A DNA stretch of 64,000 nt from Treponemataceae bacterium. Lineage in GTDB: Bacteria; Spirochaetota; Spirochaetia; Treponematales; Rectinemataceae. The stretch spans positions 416,001 through 480,000 of the forward strand of contig CAXXVZ010000002.1 of assembly GCA_963678065.2 (NCBI GenBank), written 5' to 3'. Position numbers and translations under genes: made by a program. Below are positions 37,531 through 46,284 of this stretch, in pieces; position 1 is the first letter of the stretch, and each line of letters starts with the position of its first letter. The notes beneath the pieces are model-generated. The model was not told the DNA's origin, ran no database searches, and saw only the letters and a program-made list of their open reading frames with translations.

Positions 37531-38502
37531 CTAGCCGGCCACCCCATTCACGATATTCGGGAGTTTCTGTCTCCTGATCGCGATGGCGACAGTCTTCGCC
37601 GCGTCGGTACGGAGCTTGAGGACAGCCTGGGGACTCGCCGACGCAATGTGCGAATTGATGATCACGTTCTCCATGCCGACGATCGGGTGGTCGTGGTTGA
37701 TCGGCTCTGGATCGGTAACGTCCATCGCGGCGGCGGCTATCTGGCCCGAGCGGAGCGCGGCGACGAGGTCATCGGTGCGCACCAAGGTGCCCCGCGAAAT
37801 GTTGACGAAAAGGCAACCTCGCTTCATCTTCGCGATCGACGATGCGTTGATCATGTACCGTGTCGTCTCCGTGCTGGGGCAGTGGAGGGTGACTATATCG
37901 CTCTGCGCATAGAGTTCGTCGAGGGTGACGGGCTCTACTCCATCGGCGCGCATCTTCGCCGCGTCGACGGCCGGATCGAAGGCAATCAGCTTGCACTTGA
38001 AGGGCCTGAGCCTTAGTGCAACTTCCCTGCCGATCTTGCCATAGGCAACGATGCCGACGGTCTGGTCCTTGAGGCTCCGCATGGCCTCGATAGGCACGGC
38101 GAGGCCCCATTCCCCATTGCGGACTTTCACGCCGTTTTGGGTGATCCTTCGGCAGAGGTCAAGTATCATCGCAAGCGTATGGTCGGCCACTTCATCCGTG
38201 CAGAAATCGGGGATGTTGCAGACAGGTATGCCCTTCGCCGCCGCGGCCTTGAGGTCGACATTGTCTACGCCGATGCCATAGCGCACGATAACCTTGCAAC
38301 GCTTCATCGCGCCGATGATGTCGGCGTTGACTGGCGCGAACTGGGTTATGACATAGTCCGCATCCTCCACGAGGGCCGCGAGGGCGGCCGGATCCTTGCC
38401 GGACTTGTTGGCTTTGAGTTCGCAACCGAGGGGTTCGATGATCGTTCGCTCGATCTCGACATCGTCGAAGGCATAATCGGTGATAACTGCTTTGGGCATC
38501 AT
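37531..38502 (-). CDS. D-isomer-specific 2-hydroxyacid dehydrogenase (CtBP-like)
   Basis: 'RYGIGVDNVD', 'GKIG', 'NISRG', 'MDV...EP', 'HIA'. Confidence 0.9.
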   Translation of the reverse strand: MMPKAVITDYAFDDVEIERTIIEPLGCELKANKSGKDPAALAALVEDADYVITQFAPVNADIIGAMKRCKVIVRYGIGVDNVDLKAAAAKGIPVCNIPDFCTDEVADHTLAMILDLCRRITQNGVKVRNGEWGLAVPIEAMRSLKDQTVGIVAYGKIGREVALRLRPFKCKLIAFDPAVDAAKMRADGVEPVTLDELYAQSDIVTLHCPSTETTRYMINASSIAKMKRGCLFVNISRGTLVRTDDLVAALRSGQIAAAAMDVTDPEPINHDHPIVGMENVIINSHIASASPQAVLKLRTDAAKTVAIAIRRQKLPNIVNGVAG

Positions 38503-38566
38503 ATTCTCCTTGCGATCATCCCCTATCATCCGCGGCTTCGGCGAGTCAATGAGAAAGCGCCCCCGT

Positions 38567-38605
38567 CACTCGATAGAAATGTCAGCATGACAATTCTATC
38601 GAGTG
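38567..38605. promoter_or_regulatory. Back-to-back 18-bp directional sites 7 and 8 at a divergent promoter
   Basis: CACTCGATAGAAATGTCA-gca-TGACAATTCTATCGAGTG. Plus promoter TTGACC (38621)-17-TAGCAT; minus -35 TTGACT at 38549 with a weak -10. Confidence 0.75.
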
Positions 38606-38675
38606 TACCAATCCGGCATTTTGACCCAAAAGTGCGGCTCGTCTAGCATGCAAACGTGGGATGGAGCAAGGGGAA

Positions 38676-40409
38676 ATGCAGATGAAATACGGCAAGCTCG
38701 ATCTTGACCCGGTCAAGAGTCCTGGAGTCCTCGATACGGCAACGTGGGACAAGGAAGGGCTCTGCCGCCTTATCGCCTCACGGGGATCCGCCTGGTTCGG
38801 CCTCTTCGACAGAGCGGCGCATGCGGAAATCCAGGAAAAACCATTTCATGGCATCGTCGCGGCCGGATCCGTCCTGGCACGCGAAGGGCGGCTCTATCTT
38901 TTGGCCCAGGTCGACGATGGACAATATGTCTTTCTCTCTCGTGGAAGCGTCGGGAGCAAAGATCTTCTGGGCAAGCCGCTCGCCGAACTCCGTTCAGAAG
39001 ATGATTCTCTCCTGTCTGCTTATCCAACCGACGCCTCTACCATCGACCGCTACTGTCGCACCTTGAATCCCCCCAACGCGCCGCGCGCGCTCGGAAGAAG
39101 ACCCCGACTCGGCATTGGCACCCGCATGACGACGCGGATCTGGCCGGGCATCTTCCAGGCGATGAGGAAAGGAGGTTTTGCGGCGAACGCCATCCAGAAC
39201 TCGGTGCGCGAACTGAACCTGCTGGGCCACCTCGAGGAGGGAAAGCCTCCCGAGAAGAACACAGCTTTCTGCTTCGGGGAAATCGAAAGCGGATACACGG
39301 GAAGCACCTTCGAGGGCCTCTGGGTCGCCGGCACCCTCGCCGCGCTCATGCACGAACATCCTCTCGTCTATGGCGCCGATGCCGACCACATCCAGCTCAA
39401 GCGATCTGATACCGGCCTGCGCCAGGCCCTGTCCGTCGTCGAGGCGGCGCGCTACTACAGTTTCTTCACCCTCGATCCCTCTGACATGCTCGATTACAAG
39501 GCATTGCATTGCACTCCTTCCGGCGACTCGCTCATTCGTGCCAAGGTGCCCGATGCGAGGCTTCGGAAGGAACTACTGGGCTGGCACAGCCGGGGAATCA
39601 GGATCGCCGGACGCAGCTACCATCCGGACGCCGACCTCATCGGAAGGCTCGTGGGGAAGTACTGGGATTCGATGCAGGGCGCTGAGGCCTTGGTATCGCG
39701 CATCAAGGCGCTCAAAGGGGTCGAACCATTCGACCTCGAATTTGCCTACGACGAGAATCCGCCCGAGGTCGCCGTCAGCGGGTCAATTTCCCTCGACGAG
39801 GAAAATCTCTTCGTCATGCGGGAAGTACAGAGGCGAGGCCTGCCCTTTACCCACATAGCGCCCAATCTCGGAGTGGAAAAAGGCAGGGACTACCGCCTCC
39901 CTGACGGACACGATGGACTCGCGGCGCGGCTTTCCTTGGCAGTCACGATGGCAGAGGAATTGGGCTTCATGGTGGACGTCCATTCCGCGGACGACCTCTC
40001 GCCGGCTACGCGGAAGGTCATCGGGAAGGCGGGGAGGGGCAGGCTCCACTACAAGATTTCCCCCAGTCTCATGTACCTCTTTGCCGAATGCGTCCATGAT
40101 CACTTTCCGGAGCTTTTCAGGCGATGGTGGGACGACGCTCTGGCCTATGCAGAGCGCGAGGCACACAGAGGGTCACCGATCGCCCGCGACTGTCTTGCCG
40201 CCCTGGATGCGAGCCCCGATCGCTCTCCCTCGCCCCGTCATGAGCTCTTCCACCAGTTTTACTTCGCTTTCCCGGGAAGGAGAGACGACGAGGGGCGCTT
40301 CGCCAACCGCGAGATCCTGTATTCCCTTTCATCCGAATTCTATGCGGATTACCAGTCGCGAGTGGCTCAAAGGTTGGGCGAGATAGCAGCTGATGTTTTC
40401 ATCACCTGA
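38676..40409 (+). CDS. Tagaturonate epimerase (UxaE) family protein
   Basis: 'LGIGTR', 'QNSVREL', 'GADADH', 'FTLD', 'HSADD'. Start is 38676 or 38682. Confidence 0.75.
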   Translation: MQMKYGKLDLDPVKSPGVLDTATWDKEGLCRLIASRGSAWFGLFDRAAHAEIQEKPFHGIVAAGSVLAREGRLYLLAQVDDGQYVFLSRGSVGSKDLLGKPLAELRSEDDSLLSAYPTDASTIDRYCRTLNPPNAPRALGRRPRLGIGTRMTTRIWPGIFQAMRKGGFAANAIQNSVRELNLLGHLEEGKPPEKNTAFCFGEIESGYTGSTFEGLWVAGTLAALMHEHPLVYGADADHIQLKRSDTGLRQALSVVEAARYYSFFTLDPSDMLDYKALHCTPSGDSLIRAKVPDARLRKELLGWHSRGIRIAGRSYHPDADLIGRLVGKYWDSMQGAEALVSRIKALKGVEPFDLEFAYDENPPEVAVSGSISLDEENLFVMREVQRRGLPFTHIAPNLGVEKGRDYRLPDGHDGLAARLSLAVTMAEELGFMVDVHSADDLSPATRKVIGKAGRGRLHYKISPSLMYLFAECVHDHFPELFRRWWDDALAYAEREAHRGSPIARDCLAALDASPDRSPSPRHELFHQFYFAFPGRRDDEGRFANREILYSLSSEFYADYQSRVAQRLGEIAADVFIT

Positions 40410-40424
40410 ATCGAGGAGGAATGC

Positions 40425-41102
40425 ATGCTATTGTTTATCGACAGCTCCGATCCCGCGGAAATAACCAAGGCCAGCGAATGGGGCGTGATCGATGGAGTCA
40501 CGACGAACCCCAGCGTCATCGCGAAGGGCGGGAGCGACATGAGGAAGACTCTCGCGAGGGTCCTCGATGTTTCGACCGGTCCCGTACTCTGCCAAGCCAT
40601 CGGCTGGGATGAGAAAGGCAGCCTGGTTGCGCAGGCGAAATGGCTCTCCGCCTATTCGGACCGCATCGTCGTCAAGCTTCCGATCTGCACCAGCGGCATC
40701 ATGGCGCTCAATCAGCTCAAGCGGGAAGTCCCGGGGATCAGGATCGCGATCACCTTGGTCTCCTCGCTCGCGCAGGCCTACCTCGCCGCGAAGGCCGGGG
40801 CTGACATTGTCGCGCTGTTCAACGGACCCCTCGAACAGAGCATCGACCAAGACGTCGACCTCGTCGGTCCTGTAAAAAAAATATATGCCAATTATGGCTT
40901 TGAAACGAAAATACTCTCCTGCGGCAGGTACCCCCGTTCCTTCGGCGAGTACGCTGTCGCGGGCACCGACATCTGCACGCTCAAATTCGAATTCCTCCCG
41001 CTCCTCTTCGAACATCCCTTCACCGAGAAGCGCCAGCGCGGCTTCCTGGCCGACTGGAAGAAGACCTTTGGCGACGAGACCTGGCCGAAGGCGGAATCAT
41101 GA
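40425..41102 (+). CDS. Transaldolase/fructose-6-phosphate aldolase family
   Basis: 'GVTTNPS', 'VVKLP'. Confidence 0.85.
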   Translation: MLLFIDSSDPAEITKASEWGVIDGVTTNPSVIAKGGSDMRKTLARVLDVSTGPVLCQAIGWDEKGSLVAQAKWLSAYSDRIVVKLPICTSGIMALNQLKREVPGIRIAITLVSSLAQAYLAAKAGADIVALFNGPLEQSIDQDVDLVGPVKKIYANYGFETKILSCGRYPRSFGEYAVAGTDICTLKFEFLPLLFEHPFTEKRQRGFLADWKKTFGDETWPKAES

Positions 41103-41881
41103 CATCGCTCGAATCCTTCAGGCTCGACGGCCGGGTTGCCATAGTGACCGGCGGTGCGCGCGGCCTGGGGCGGCAACATGCGATCGCCCTGGCCGAGGCC
41201 GGGGCGTCAGTCGCCATCTGCGATCTCCTCGAAGTCGAGGGCGAACGGACGAAGATAGAACTATCCGCCATAGGGAAGAAATCGTTATTCGGGAAAGTCG
41301 ACGTGAGCTCGGCCGAGCAGATAGAAGCATTCATCGAAGATGTCGTCGGGAAGTTCGGCCGTCTCGACATCCTCGTGAACAACGCAGGCAGGCCCTCGGA
41401 GGGCATAGCCCTCGACAGAGTGGACGACGACCTGTGGAGGAACATCATCGATGTCAACCTCTCGAGCCTTTTCTATTTCGGGAAGCGCGCAGCCCTGAAA
41501 ATGAAGGAATCCGGCGGGGGGAGCATCATAAATGTCGGTTCCATCAATTCGACTATCATCAGCAACATCGCTCCTCGCCACAACGTGACCTACTGCGTCT
41601 CGAAGGCGGGGGTAGCTCAGTTGTCACGCGGCATGGCCGCGGAGTGGGCGACATGGAACATCCGGGTCAATACCCTCGCGCCGGGCTACATCCTGACGGA
41701 CCAGACCGCGGCGAGCGCGAGCAATCCCGAGATCTACGAACGGAATATTCGCAATACGCCTATGGGACGATACGGCCGGATCGACGAGCTCAAGGGGGCT
41801 GTCGTTTTCCTGGCTTCCGACGCTTCGTCCTTCATGACGGGATCGCTGCTGACGATCGACGGCGGCTACACGATCTGGTGA
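41099..41881 (+). CDS. SDR oxidoreductase (gluconate 5-DH/KduD-like)
   Basis: 'TGGARGLG', 'NNAG', 'YCVSK'. Confidence 0.88.
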   Translation: MTSLESFRLDGRVAIVTGGARGLGRQHAIALAEAGASVAICDLLEVEGERTKIELSAIGKKSLFGKVDVSSAEQIEAFIEDVVGKFGRLDILVNNAGRPSEGIALDRVDDDLWRNIIDVNLSSLFYFGKRAALKMKESGGGSIINVGSINSTIISNIAPRHNVTYCVSKAGVAQLSRGMAAEWATWNIRVNTLAPGYILTDQTAASASNPEIYERNIRNTPMGRYGRIDELKGAVVFLASDASSFMTGSLLTIDGGYTIW

Positions 41882-41931
41882 ACATAGTCGGTGTTGCGAT
41901 AATTCTTTGGATTTCGACAGAGGAGCGCGGC

Positions 41932-42390
41932 ATGATAGCGGCAAAGCTGGAAAGAGCGGCAGAACAGATCGAGCTTACGCCAGCCTTCACAAAGGCATTC
42001 AAGTTCCTGATGGATGTGAGGAATCGCGATTTGCCTGAAGGGCGAGTCGAGATCGACGGTGACCTCGTCTACGCGATGGTGCAATCCTACGAGACGAACG
42101 CGAAGATGGTACCCACGTTCGAGGCACACCGCAGGTACGCGGACATCCAGTACATCACCGCAGGCGAGGAACTCATCGGCTGGGCGCCTCTCGAGAAGAT
42201 GAAGGCCACCGGGGACTACGACTCCGCCAAGGACGTCACCATCGGAACAGCTCGCGCGGAGGACGCAACCGGTGTGCGCCTGTTCGCCGGTGAACTGTGC
42301 GTCTTCTGGCCAAGCGATGCCCATGCCCCCAAGCAGGCCGTGGGCACGCCGATGAAAGTATCCAAGATCGTCGTCAAGGTCGCCGTATGA
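41932..42390 (+). CDS. YhcH/YjgK/YiaL (DUF386) protein
   Basis: 'EAHRRYADIQY', 'P.DAHAP', 'KIVVKV'; GAGGAG RBS. Confidence 0.88.
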   Translation: MIAAKLERAAEQIELTPAFTKAFKFLMDVRNRDLPEGRVEIDGDLVYAMVQSYETNAKMVPTFEAHRRYADIQYITAGEELIGWAPLEKMKATGDYDSAKDVTIGTARAEDATGVRLFAGELCVFWPSDAHAPKQAVGTPMKVSKIVVKVAV

Positions 42391-42520
42391 GGGCATTGCC
42401 CGCAAATGAGAGAATAGGGATGACCGGACTGAAAGGTAAGCCAAATCCGATTGAAAACATGGACCCTGATCGCGCCGGAATTTCATGAAACCGGCATATC
42501 TCTATTAGGAGGATCATCTC

Positions 42521-43396
42521 ATGAAGCTTGTGACTTTTGTTCAGGACAAGGCCGAGCGCCTTGGTGCCCTACATGCCGCGGAAGGCAAGGAGTGGGTAAT
42601 CGACCTCAACCTGGTTGAACCGAGGCTTCCGGGCACGATGATCGAATTTCTCGCCGCGGGCGCCGAAGCGCTGAAGCTGGCGCAGGCGGCCGTGACCAAG
42701 GCCACGCCGGCACAACGACTGGACCGTTCGGCCGTCGTCCTCAAGGCGCCGATCCCCCGGCCAGGGAAAATCATCTGCATTGGCCAGAACTATCTCGAGC
42801 ATGCCAAGGAGGGCGGCGATTCGAAACCACCATTCCCCATCATCTTCGGCAAATATTGCAACACCATCATCGGCCCCGGCGAAGCGATCATCATACCCAA
42901 GGCAGTGCTGAAGCCCGACTACGAAGGCGAGCTGGCCGTCGTGATCGGCCGACAGGGACGCGACATACCTGAAGCCGAGGCGCTCTCTTATGTCGCAGGC
43001 TACATGCCCCTGAACGATGTCAGCGCCCGCGACTGGCAGAACAGGACCGGGCAGTGGGTCATCGGCAAGACCTGCGACACCTTTTGCCCCATCGGTCCGG
43101 CCCTTGTGACGGCCGACGAAGTTCCCGACCCGCAGAACCTCAAACTACGCACAGTGATAGGCACCGAGCTGCTTCAAAGCGGCTGGACGGGCGACATGAT
43201 CTTCCCGATCGCCCACCTCATTTCCGACATGTCGCAGGTGATGACCCTCGAGCCCGGTGACATCATCGCCACCGGTACGCCCCCAGGAATCGGCGCCGTG
43301 CGCGTACCGCCTCGGTGGCTCCGGCCTGGCGAAACAATCCGGGTTGAGATCGACGGGGTCGGCGTTCTGGAAAATCCGATCAAAGCGCAGACCTGA
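42521..43396 (+). CDS. Fumarylacetoacetate hydrolase family protein
   Basis: 'GQNY.EH', 'DYEGEL', 'NDVSARD', 'TGTPPG'. Confidence 0.9.
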   Translation: MKLVTFVQDKAERLGALHAAEGKEWVIDLNLVEPRLPGTMIEFLAAGAEALKLAQAAVTKATPAQRLDRSAVVLKAPIPRPGKIICIGQNYLEHAKEGGDSKPPFPIIFGKYCNTIIGPGEAIIIPKAVLKPDYEGELAVVIGRQGRDIPEAEALSYVAGYMPLNDVSARDWQNRTGQWVIGKTCDTFCPIGPALVTADEVPDPQNLKLRTVIGTELLQSGWTGDMIFPIAHLISDMSQVMTLEPGDIIATGTPPGIGAVRVPPRWLRPGETIRVEIDGVGVLENPIKAQT

Positions 43397-43883
43397 AACA
43401 GGGCCGGGCGCCGGACGGGTCGAGCGCGGACCCGCGAAAAGCCGACGCCGGCGCTTCGAAGCATTCGAACTTCCTCGTTCTGGCAAAGCCGTTTTTCTCA
43501 TAGAGCGCGATGGCAGGCGCGTTGTGCTCGAGCACTTCGAGCTCGAAACGATGAACTCCCTCCGCTTTGAGAAATGCGATGAGTTCGCCCAGCAGCGCCC
43601 CGCCCGCTCCCCCCTGCGCCGGAATTCCTTCACCGTGCCTGTTCCGCCGCCATAGCAGCGCCGCAGGCCCCCCGTTCTCCCGACACCCGCAGAGGATGAA
43701 GGAGACGAGTCTCCCGTCGTCGAATCCCCCGATCGAGTATAAGGAGTTGAGATCGCGCGCCGCCATCATTTCGATGAATTTGTCGTAACTCATCCGCGTA
43801 TCGACTTCGTAATCGGAAAACGCCTCGACGAAAGCCCGGTATATGGCCTCCCGCGAGACACCTTTCAGCGTCCTGATTTCCAT
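43380..43883 (-). pseudogene. GNAT acetyltransferase with compensating frameshifts, probably truncated
   Basis: The motif 'CYGGGTGTVKEFRRRG' is found in the alternative frame between two G6 runs; 'LEVLEHNAPAIALYEKNGF' follows. Confidence 0.65.
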
Positions 43884-44011
43884 AGTCCTCCCTGGCACCG
43901 CGTCGCGGGCATGCGCCGGACCGCCGGAGCGCGCCCGACACACTGTGCCCCTGTCCGGCCGCGAAACTGATCGTGCGACGATGTGCATCCGCTTTTCGAG
44001 TCATTCGTGAA

Positions 44012-44180
44012 TCATGGAATGAAGTTCAGCAGATAGAACTGCGAGGACGAGTAGTATCGATACCCGTGCATAAGGTCCACGGAGTATGGCTTGGGCAGGC
44101 CGATCTGGTCTGGGTAGCATCTTCGCGGGAATGTCGAGTATATCCGCGACTTCGCCTATGGTGAAATCGTGCTTGATCCG
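44012..44180 (-). pseudogene. MerR-family HTH remnant (frameshifted)
   Basis: Manual translation gives 'FTIGEVADILDIPAKML', then in a shifted frame 'DQIGLPKPYSVDLMHGYRYYSSSQFYLLNFIP*'. Confidence 0.7.
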
Positions 44181-44201
44181 TCATTCATCCGGATGCAGCC
44201 A

Positions 44202-44801
44202 TCAGCGCCGGGCGAAGATTTCGACGAGTTTCTTCATGTATAATTCCATTTTCTTCTCAAGGTCGTACATTCCGTCATGGATGCACCAGTCATATACCAC
44301 TCCGCGGCTGGCGATGAAAAAAAATTCAGTGGCATCTTCGGGAGACATTTCCGCCTGGATCTCCTGACGGGCCTGCCCGCCCTCGATGACTTCCTTGAGA
44401 AGCTCCTGCATGTACCGGCCCTTTATCGCGAAAAACTTGTTTTTCGTGTTGTAGAGCTGAGAGATGTTGCTGAAGCCCCTTTTCTTGTTGTAGCGGGCAT
44501 AGTGCTTGAAGAAGAGGATGACCTGCTCGGAGGCCGACAACCCTGAGGTCCGCAGCCGCTGCGCCACAGTGGTCTCGAAATATTCGTCGGCTTTCTTGTA
44601 CAGGTCGAAGAAAATGTCTTCCTTGGACTTGAAATAGTGGTAGAATGTGCCGACCGATACTCCCGCCCCCCTGCTGATTTCTTCGATGGTTGTGTTGCTG
44701 AACCCCTTCTTGTCCATGAGGGCTACCGATACCTTGTATATTTCCTTTCTCGTCCTGTCTGCCTGAAGTTTTCGCGAAGTCGGTTTTTTTTCTTCTTCCA
44801 T
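44202..44801 (-). CDS. TetR/AcrR family regulator
   Basis: 'TTIEEISRGAGVSVGTFYHYFKSKEDI'. Confidence 0.92.
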   Translation of the reverse strand: MEEEKKPTSRKLQADRTRKEIYKVSVALMDKKGFSNTTIEEISRGAGVSVGTFYHYFKSKEDIFFDLYKKADEYFETTVAQRLRTSGLSASEQVILFFKHYARYNKKRGFSNISQLYNTKNKFFAIKGRYMQELLKEVIEGGQARQEIQAEMSPEDATEFFFIASRGVVYDWCIHDGMYDLEKKMELYMKKLVEIFARR

Positions 44802-44934
44802 GCTGCGTCACCTTTCCTGTGATCCTGATTCCCGTTCTCCATTTTCACCCGAAGGACTTCATTCGTCCGGAATCGAGCGGCCATGATGAAGCGGACTGTC
44901 ATGATAAATCGAAATTGGAAAATCCGATAAATTC

Positions 44935-44981
44935 CATTCACCGAACGCATTGACTGTATGTCTGAATATCGCTTATGTCAA
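44935..44981 (-). promoter_or_regulatory. tetR promoter and operator
   Basis: TTGACA-17-TACAGT on the minus strand, followed by CATTCACCGAACGCATTGA (plus-strand reading). Confidence 0.6.
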
Positions 44982-45180
44982 CTGGACAATTACATGGGCT
45001 GGGCAAGCTGAAAGGCAGAACATCCCGGACTCACGCATTATTGAAAAAGTTCTTGGTTCGTACACCGATAGTGATCTGGCGATGTACCTCGGGATGGCGG
45101 CGATCGGAATATAGCGAAAGGATTCGTCGCCGCTTCCGATTTCCATTGAGTGTCGAATGCATTCTGTATGTTTCAAATGA

Positions 45181-45224
45181 AGGCAGGTTGAACTTCCGGA
45201 ATCCGGAGTTCAACCTGCCTTTTT
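45181..45224. terminator. Rho-independent terminator-like hairpin
   Basis: AGGCAGGTTGAACT(T)CCGGA-a-TCCGGAGTTCAACCTGCCT followed by TTTT. Confidence 0.65.
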
Positions 45225-45245
45225 GTATTAGCCCGCGTGGATGTT

Positions 45246-46238
45246 TCAGGTTGAGCTGAACGGTGCACGCTCGATTTCGTCCGAGATGATCGGATTGACA
45301 TGGGGATAGATGCTGCCGGGCGCTCCGTAGGTCAGACAGGGGATGAAGTTTCCGGCTGGACAGCAGGTCTCGCAGACCCGGCGCACTTCCGCCCGGATTT
45401 CGGCTTCGGTCGCATCCTGCCGGTCGACGATAGCCGCATCGATGCCGCCCATCAGGGTCAGGCGGCCCGCGACCTGCGCTTGAATTTTTGCGATATCGTT
45501 CTGGGGGAGCACACCCTGCCAGATGTCCACTCCTATTTCCACCAGATCGTCGACGATCGGCTCAAGGAAGGAATCGGCGTGGTGCATGACGAGGACCCCG
45601 GCTTCATGGAATCTGGCGTAGAGCCTGGCGTAGAGTGGTTTCAGAAATTCCCGCCAGGTGTCGGGGCTCATGAACAGGCTGTGCTTGGTGCCCCAGTCGT
45701 CGTGGGACAGAATGATGTCGGGCTTGAGATTGTCGATCAGCAGTCCGGCGTAGGTCATCCGGTATTCGAAAAGGGCGTTCAGGAGCTCGTGCATGGATTC
45801 CGGCTCGGCCAGCAGATTGACAAGGGCGTCCTCGAAGCCCATCAGGAAATGGGATTGTTCGAAAATGCCGGTGGCCATGAAACCGGTGATCATTTTTTCG
45901 TTCCGGTCGGTGGCATCGCGGGTGGCCAGGGCGGCTCTCCAGTCGGCGCTGTTTGCCGCCAAGTCGGGCACTTTGACATAGTCGCGCCAGGCTGTGATGT
46001 CGGGCAGCACCTTGTCGTCGGCGGTTACATGGGGCATGGCGGCAAACTGGTCTTCCGGCCAGACGATGGTGGTGCCCCAGCGATCTTTGGAAATGCTGCC
46101 CCTGATGCGGTTGCCGGAAGTGTAGGCCCGCACCGGGTCATTCATGATCAAGGCGAAGGGCTGATATTGGTTGACCAGCCGGTCCGGCCTGCCGTGGGGG
46201 CGAATGGTTTCCAGCAGATTTTCCTTGGCAGTCAGCAT
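45246..46238 (-). CDS. UroD/MtaA family protein (O-demethylase methyltransferase-like)
   Basis: 'DRWGTT..WP', 'HDDWG', 'HHADS', 'IPCLTYG'; GGAGG RBS. Confidence 0.82.
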   Translation of the reverse strand: MLTAKENLLETIRPHGRPDRLVNQYQPFALIMNDPVRAYTSGNRIRGSISKDRWGTTIVWPEDQFAAMPHVTADDKVLPDITAWRDYVKVPDLAANSADWRAALATRDATDRNEKMITGFMATGIFEQSHFLMGFEDALVNLLAEPESMHELLNALFEYRMTYAGLLIDNLKPDIILSHDDWGTKHSLFMSPDTWREFLKPLYARLYARFHEAGVLVMHHADSFLEPIVDDLVEIGVDIWQGVLPQNDIAKIQAQVAGRLTLMGGIDAAIVDRQDATEAEIRAEVRRVCETCCPAGNFIPCLTYGAPGSIYPHVNPIISDEIERAPFSST

Positions 46239-46284
46239 CGTGTTCCTCCATTGGTAATTTACGGACATCACAGTCATGACACGA

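Noticed and set aside
10783..38605. 18-bp repeats as a CRISPR array or as scars of real IS insertions
   Set aside because: They are dispersed single copies with no spacers, cas genes or IS bodies. Their fixed position relative to promoters argues for a regulatory role.
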